A stretch of DNA of 64,000 nt. It comes from Octopus bimaculoides (taxonomy: Eukaryota). Positions 61,189 through 64,000 of this stretch are shown here, one piece after another. The stretch spans positions 117,782,406-117,846,405 of the forward strand of contig NC_068984.1 of the NCBI RefSeq assembly GCF_001194135.2. The letters are read 5' to 3'. Position numbers and translations under genes: made by a program. Position 1 is the stretch's first letter, and each line of letters begins with the position of its first letter. The notes beneath the pieces were generated by a model. It was given only the letters and a program-made list of their open reading frames with translations. It did not search any database and was not told the DNA's origin.

Positions 61189-61416
61189 TTAACTCTGTTG
61201 CATTCAGATTATTCTGTCAAAGGTAATGCTTATTCATTCATATTGTCTGGAATTAATCGCACACTATCTTGTAGCTTCAATATTTTTATGATATGATTAT
61301 TTATTTTTAGAATAACAGTGCATGGTAAGTATGAGAGGCCAGATCTGGCTGGTTTGAACATAAAACTGGTAGAATATTTGGGCCAGATATGGTTGATTTA
61401 AATGGTAAAAGGTTAT
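61189..61416. mobile_element. decayed piggyBac-like MITE
   Basis: TTAA-CTCTGTTGCATT at left and AATGGTAAAAGG-TTAT at right are degenerate versions of TTAACCCTTT..AAAGGGTTAA; family assignment is from recall of similar elements. Confidence 0.5.
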
Positions 61417-61692
61417 CTCATCACCTGTACTCAATTATTTTAACAAACATTTACCCCATTTACACACTTCTTTTTATTCATTCTTTTACAGGTTTCAAGC
61501 TTTAGTTTATGGCCATGATGGAGCACTACATTTAAAGAGTAAGTCATTCATATACTAGAACGATACGTTAGCAATTATTTCAGCCTGCTACTTATTTCAT
61601 CAAGTGTTACTTGTTAAACCATGAAGTTATGTGATATAAAACTTCACAACCAAAAACATTGTTTTTCTTTAAACTCGAGTAAGCATAAAACA

Positions 61693-61749
<57 letters not shown>

Positions 61750-62424
61750 ACACACACATGCATGTGTGCACACACACACACAAAACACGCACATTTAAAT
61801 ATGCACATACATACACATGGATTCTCCACAGTTTTCTTCAACCAAATATCATTCTCATGATATTAACTGCATTACTTTTGTAATTAAAACAACTTCCAAC
61901 ACAAACAACAACAACGACAACAAAAATGGAAAGAATAATAATTACAATTGATTAATTCTGAGTTATGTGTGAACGATCATGACAAACTCTTCATGACAAG
62001 CAAAATGTATGGACACTTATTTTTTGTCCTCATATTAGAGTCAAGTGGTTGCAAGAAACATCCAGACATCTTTTTGCTTGGATAAGAGTATCACGGCTGT
62101 TGTAGATTCGAACCTGGTACTGTATGTTAAGTACACACCCCACCCCCATCTCTTCGTCTCTTTTTGTACTCTCATGAACTTATCTGCCCACTCACCCTGT
62201 CTAGACTTTTGTTCCACCTCATTTACATAAAATACACCTTCATGTAACTTGAAGCTATGCCTTAACATGTCTTCCCCACATTCTCTCTTTCCTTCCTCTC
62301 TCTTTTTCCAACTGGGGTAGAAATGTATCTCCTCAACAGCAAGACATTCTGTCTCTCTACCACACTCTAACCTCTCATTATCTGGTATAAAGCCACCTCC
62401 CTCAATACTACTCTCCTCTCACTC

Positions 62425-62640
62425 AAAGGGGGCTTGTCTTACAAGTTACTTGGTGAACTTGTGGATGCTGCTATCACATAAAAAAAAGCATCCAGTATAC
62501 TCTGTAAAGTGGTTGGCATTTGGAAGGGCATCCAACTGGAGAAACCATGCCAAAGCAGACAGTAGAACTTGGTGCATTCTTCTGGCTTGTCAGCTCCTGT
62601 CAAATTGTCCAACCCATACCAGCATGGAAATCAGATAGTA
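62425..62640 (+). mobile_element. family C-related variant
   Basis: AAAAGCATCCAGTATACTCTGTAAAGTGGTTGGCATTTGGAAGGGCATCCAACTGG...CCAACCCATACCAGCATGGAAA. Confidence 0.72.
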
Positions 62641-63482
62641 AAGGATGAAAACGAAGGAGATGAGTGCACTTGCTACCTATGGTAATGATAATGAGGTCCA
62701 TTTGACAATGTTGAATATTTACAGTATTTACAGAACTGGACCATTTACAGTGAATCTTCTACATGAAGTGATGTGATTCAAAAATCACAAATGCCTTGCT
62801 CAGCCAACTGACATCCTAAAAGTTTTGATTAGCAGTAGCAGCAGAGGAAGCAGCAGCTTTTGACAAACGCAGTAAATGCAAGTACATATATCCATTAGCT
62901 TATTTCAAACCAAATAATTCCGTGATCAATAAAACATACTAAATTTAAACTCTAAACTATTCATCACAAATAGCTAAAATAGAAATTGTCTTTGTTCTGG
63001 TTTTCCCTTTTAAAAAATCAAAGATAGCAAGTGTCTAACATTGGAAAGTTGCTTTATTCTAAACTGACAGCTAAGGTAGAACCATATGCTTTGATATTAT
63101 ATACAATCCTCAACAGATCTAATGAATTCCGTTTGTAATGTCAAACTAAATCCTTCCTGTCAATTTATATACTCAACAATGGTTATTTTACAGCTACTTT
63201 ACTGGGTTAGCTATAGCCTGATTGGTCAGACTCTTTCTTCTATTCTTCTTGCTCAATAGCTCTGCTCTGTTTAATCACATACTTAATTAAGAATTGCAGC
63301 AGACCTAACGTAATTAATTGCAAAACAAAAGTGATTGAATGTAGGCAAAAATAGTTTTGGGAAAATTGTTTGCCAGCATGCTACACTTTATCCCTTTTTG
63401 CAGTATAACTTTGACCTGCACTGGGAGTGGATTTCGTACAGGGCACTGAAAGCCAGTCATATATATACAATATACAAGTGTA

Positions 63483-63527
<45 letters not shown>

Positions 63528-63616
63528 TATGATTTCACTTAGGCATAGAGATACTGATAACCAGTTGTTAGAACTCAATAAACATATGCTTTAGCATTTG
63601 GTGAGTACGGAGTGTA

Positions 63617-63750
63617 ATATTGGTTTCAAATTGTGGCACAAGGCCAGCAAGCTTGAGGGAGAGGAATCAGTTGATTATATGTCTGCAGCACTCTATTGAC
63701 ACTTATTTTATTGACTCAGAAAGGATGGAAGGCAAAGTTGACTATGGGGA
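63617..63750 (-). mobile_element. SINE family B fragment
   Basis: GGCACAAGGCC...AAAGGATGGAAGGCAAAGTTGAC. Confidence 0.65.
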
Positions 63751-63775
63751 ACAACAACATGCCAAGCGAAACTCA

Positions 63776-63858
63776 GTATATGATATGCAACCTGCACTGA
63801 TGGACGTATATGAGATGCAACCTGCACTGGTGGACGCAATACAACCAACCTGTACAAT
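63776..63858. repeat. 30-bp tandem repeat, two copies plus partial
   Basis: GTATATGA(T/G)ATGCAACCTGCACTG(A/G)TGGAC. Confidence 0.8.
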
Positions 63859-63963
63859 ATTCCACTCATAAAGGACAGGTGTAGATGTAACGAACAGATA
63901 TAATGGATGATCATTGTGTTGAATAAAGGTTGTGGGTAAATCCATTTTCCGTTTCTTTCATTC

Positions 63964-64000
<37 letters not shown>

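Overview
AT-rich, repeat-saturated eukaryotic non-coding DNA with 21 N-gaps, nearly all at microsatellites. The repeat families resemble, from memory and not from a search, those of octopod cephalopods (Octopus sp.), so the taxon is an inference. No host protein-coding gene, rRNA, true tRNA gene or CRISPR array can be supported; nearly all supplied ORFs are microsatellite, gap or SINE read-throughs. Four short retroposon families dominate, labelled here A-D. A is a tRNA-headed SINE with an internal microsatellite and (GAGTAAAA)n tail. B is a Nin/Deu-like SINE. C is an (ATG)n-tailed element that here proves to be continuous with an RTE LINE ORF end. D comprises CORE-like SINEs with exchangeable modules. 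There are also decayed ORFs of R4/Dong, RTE, mariner and Tc1-like elements, and several MITEs. Most notable: a stack of three R4/Dong fragments in a (TAA)n tract between two SINE tails, a young family-C copy flanked by an identical 84-bp duplication, a SINE split by a probable ~340-bp micro-inversion, a recursive-splice-like AG|GTAAGT cassette, a nested-palindrome MITE and an A/B alternating ~52-bp minisatellite. I did not find a convincing wholly new gene system. SINE boundaries are approximate (about +/-10 bp; more for decayed copies).
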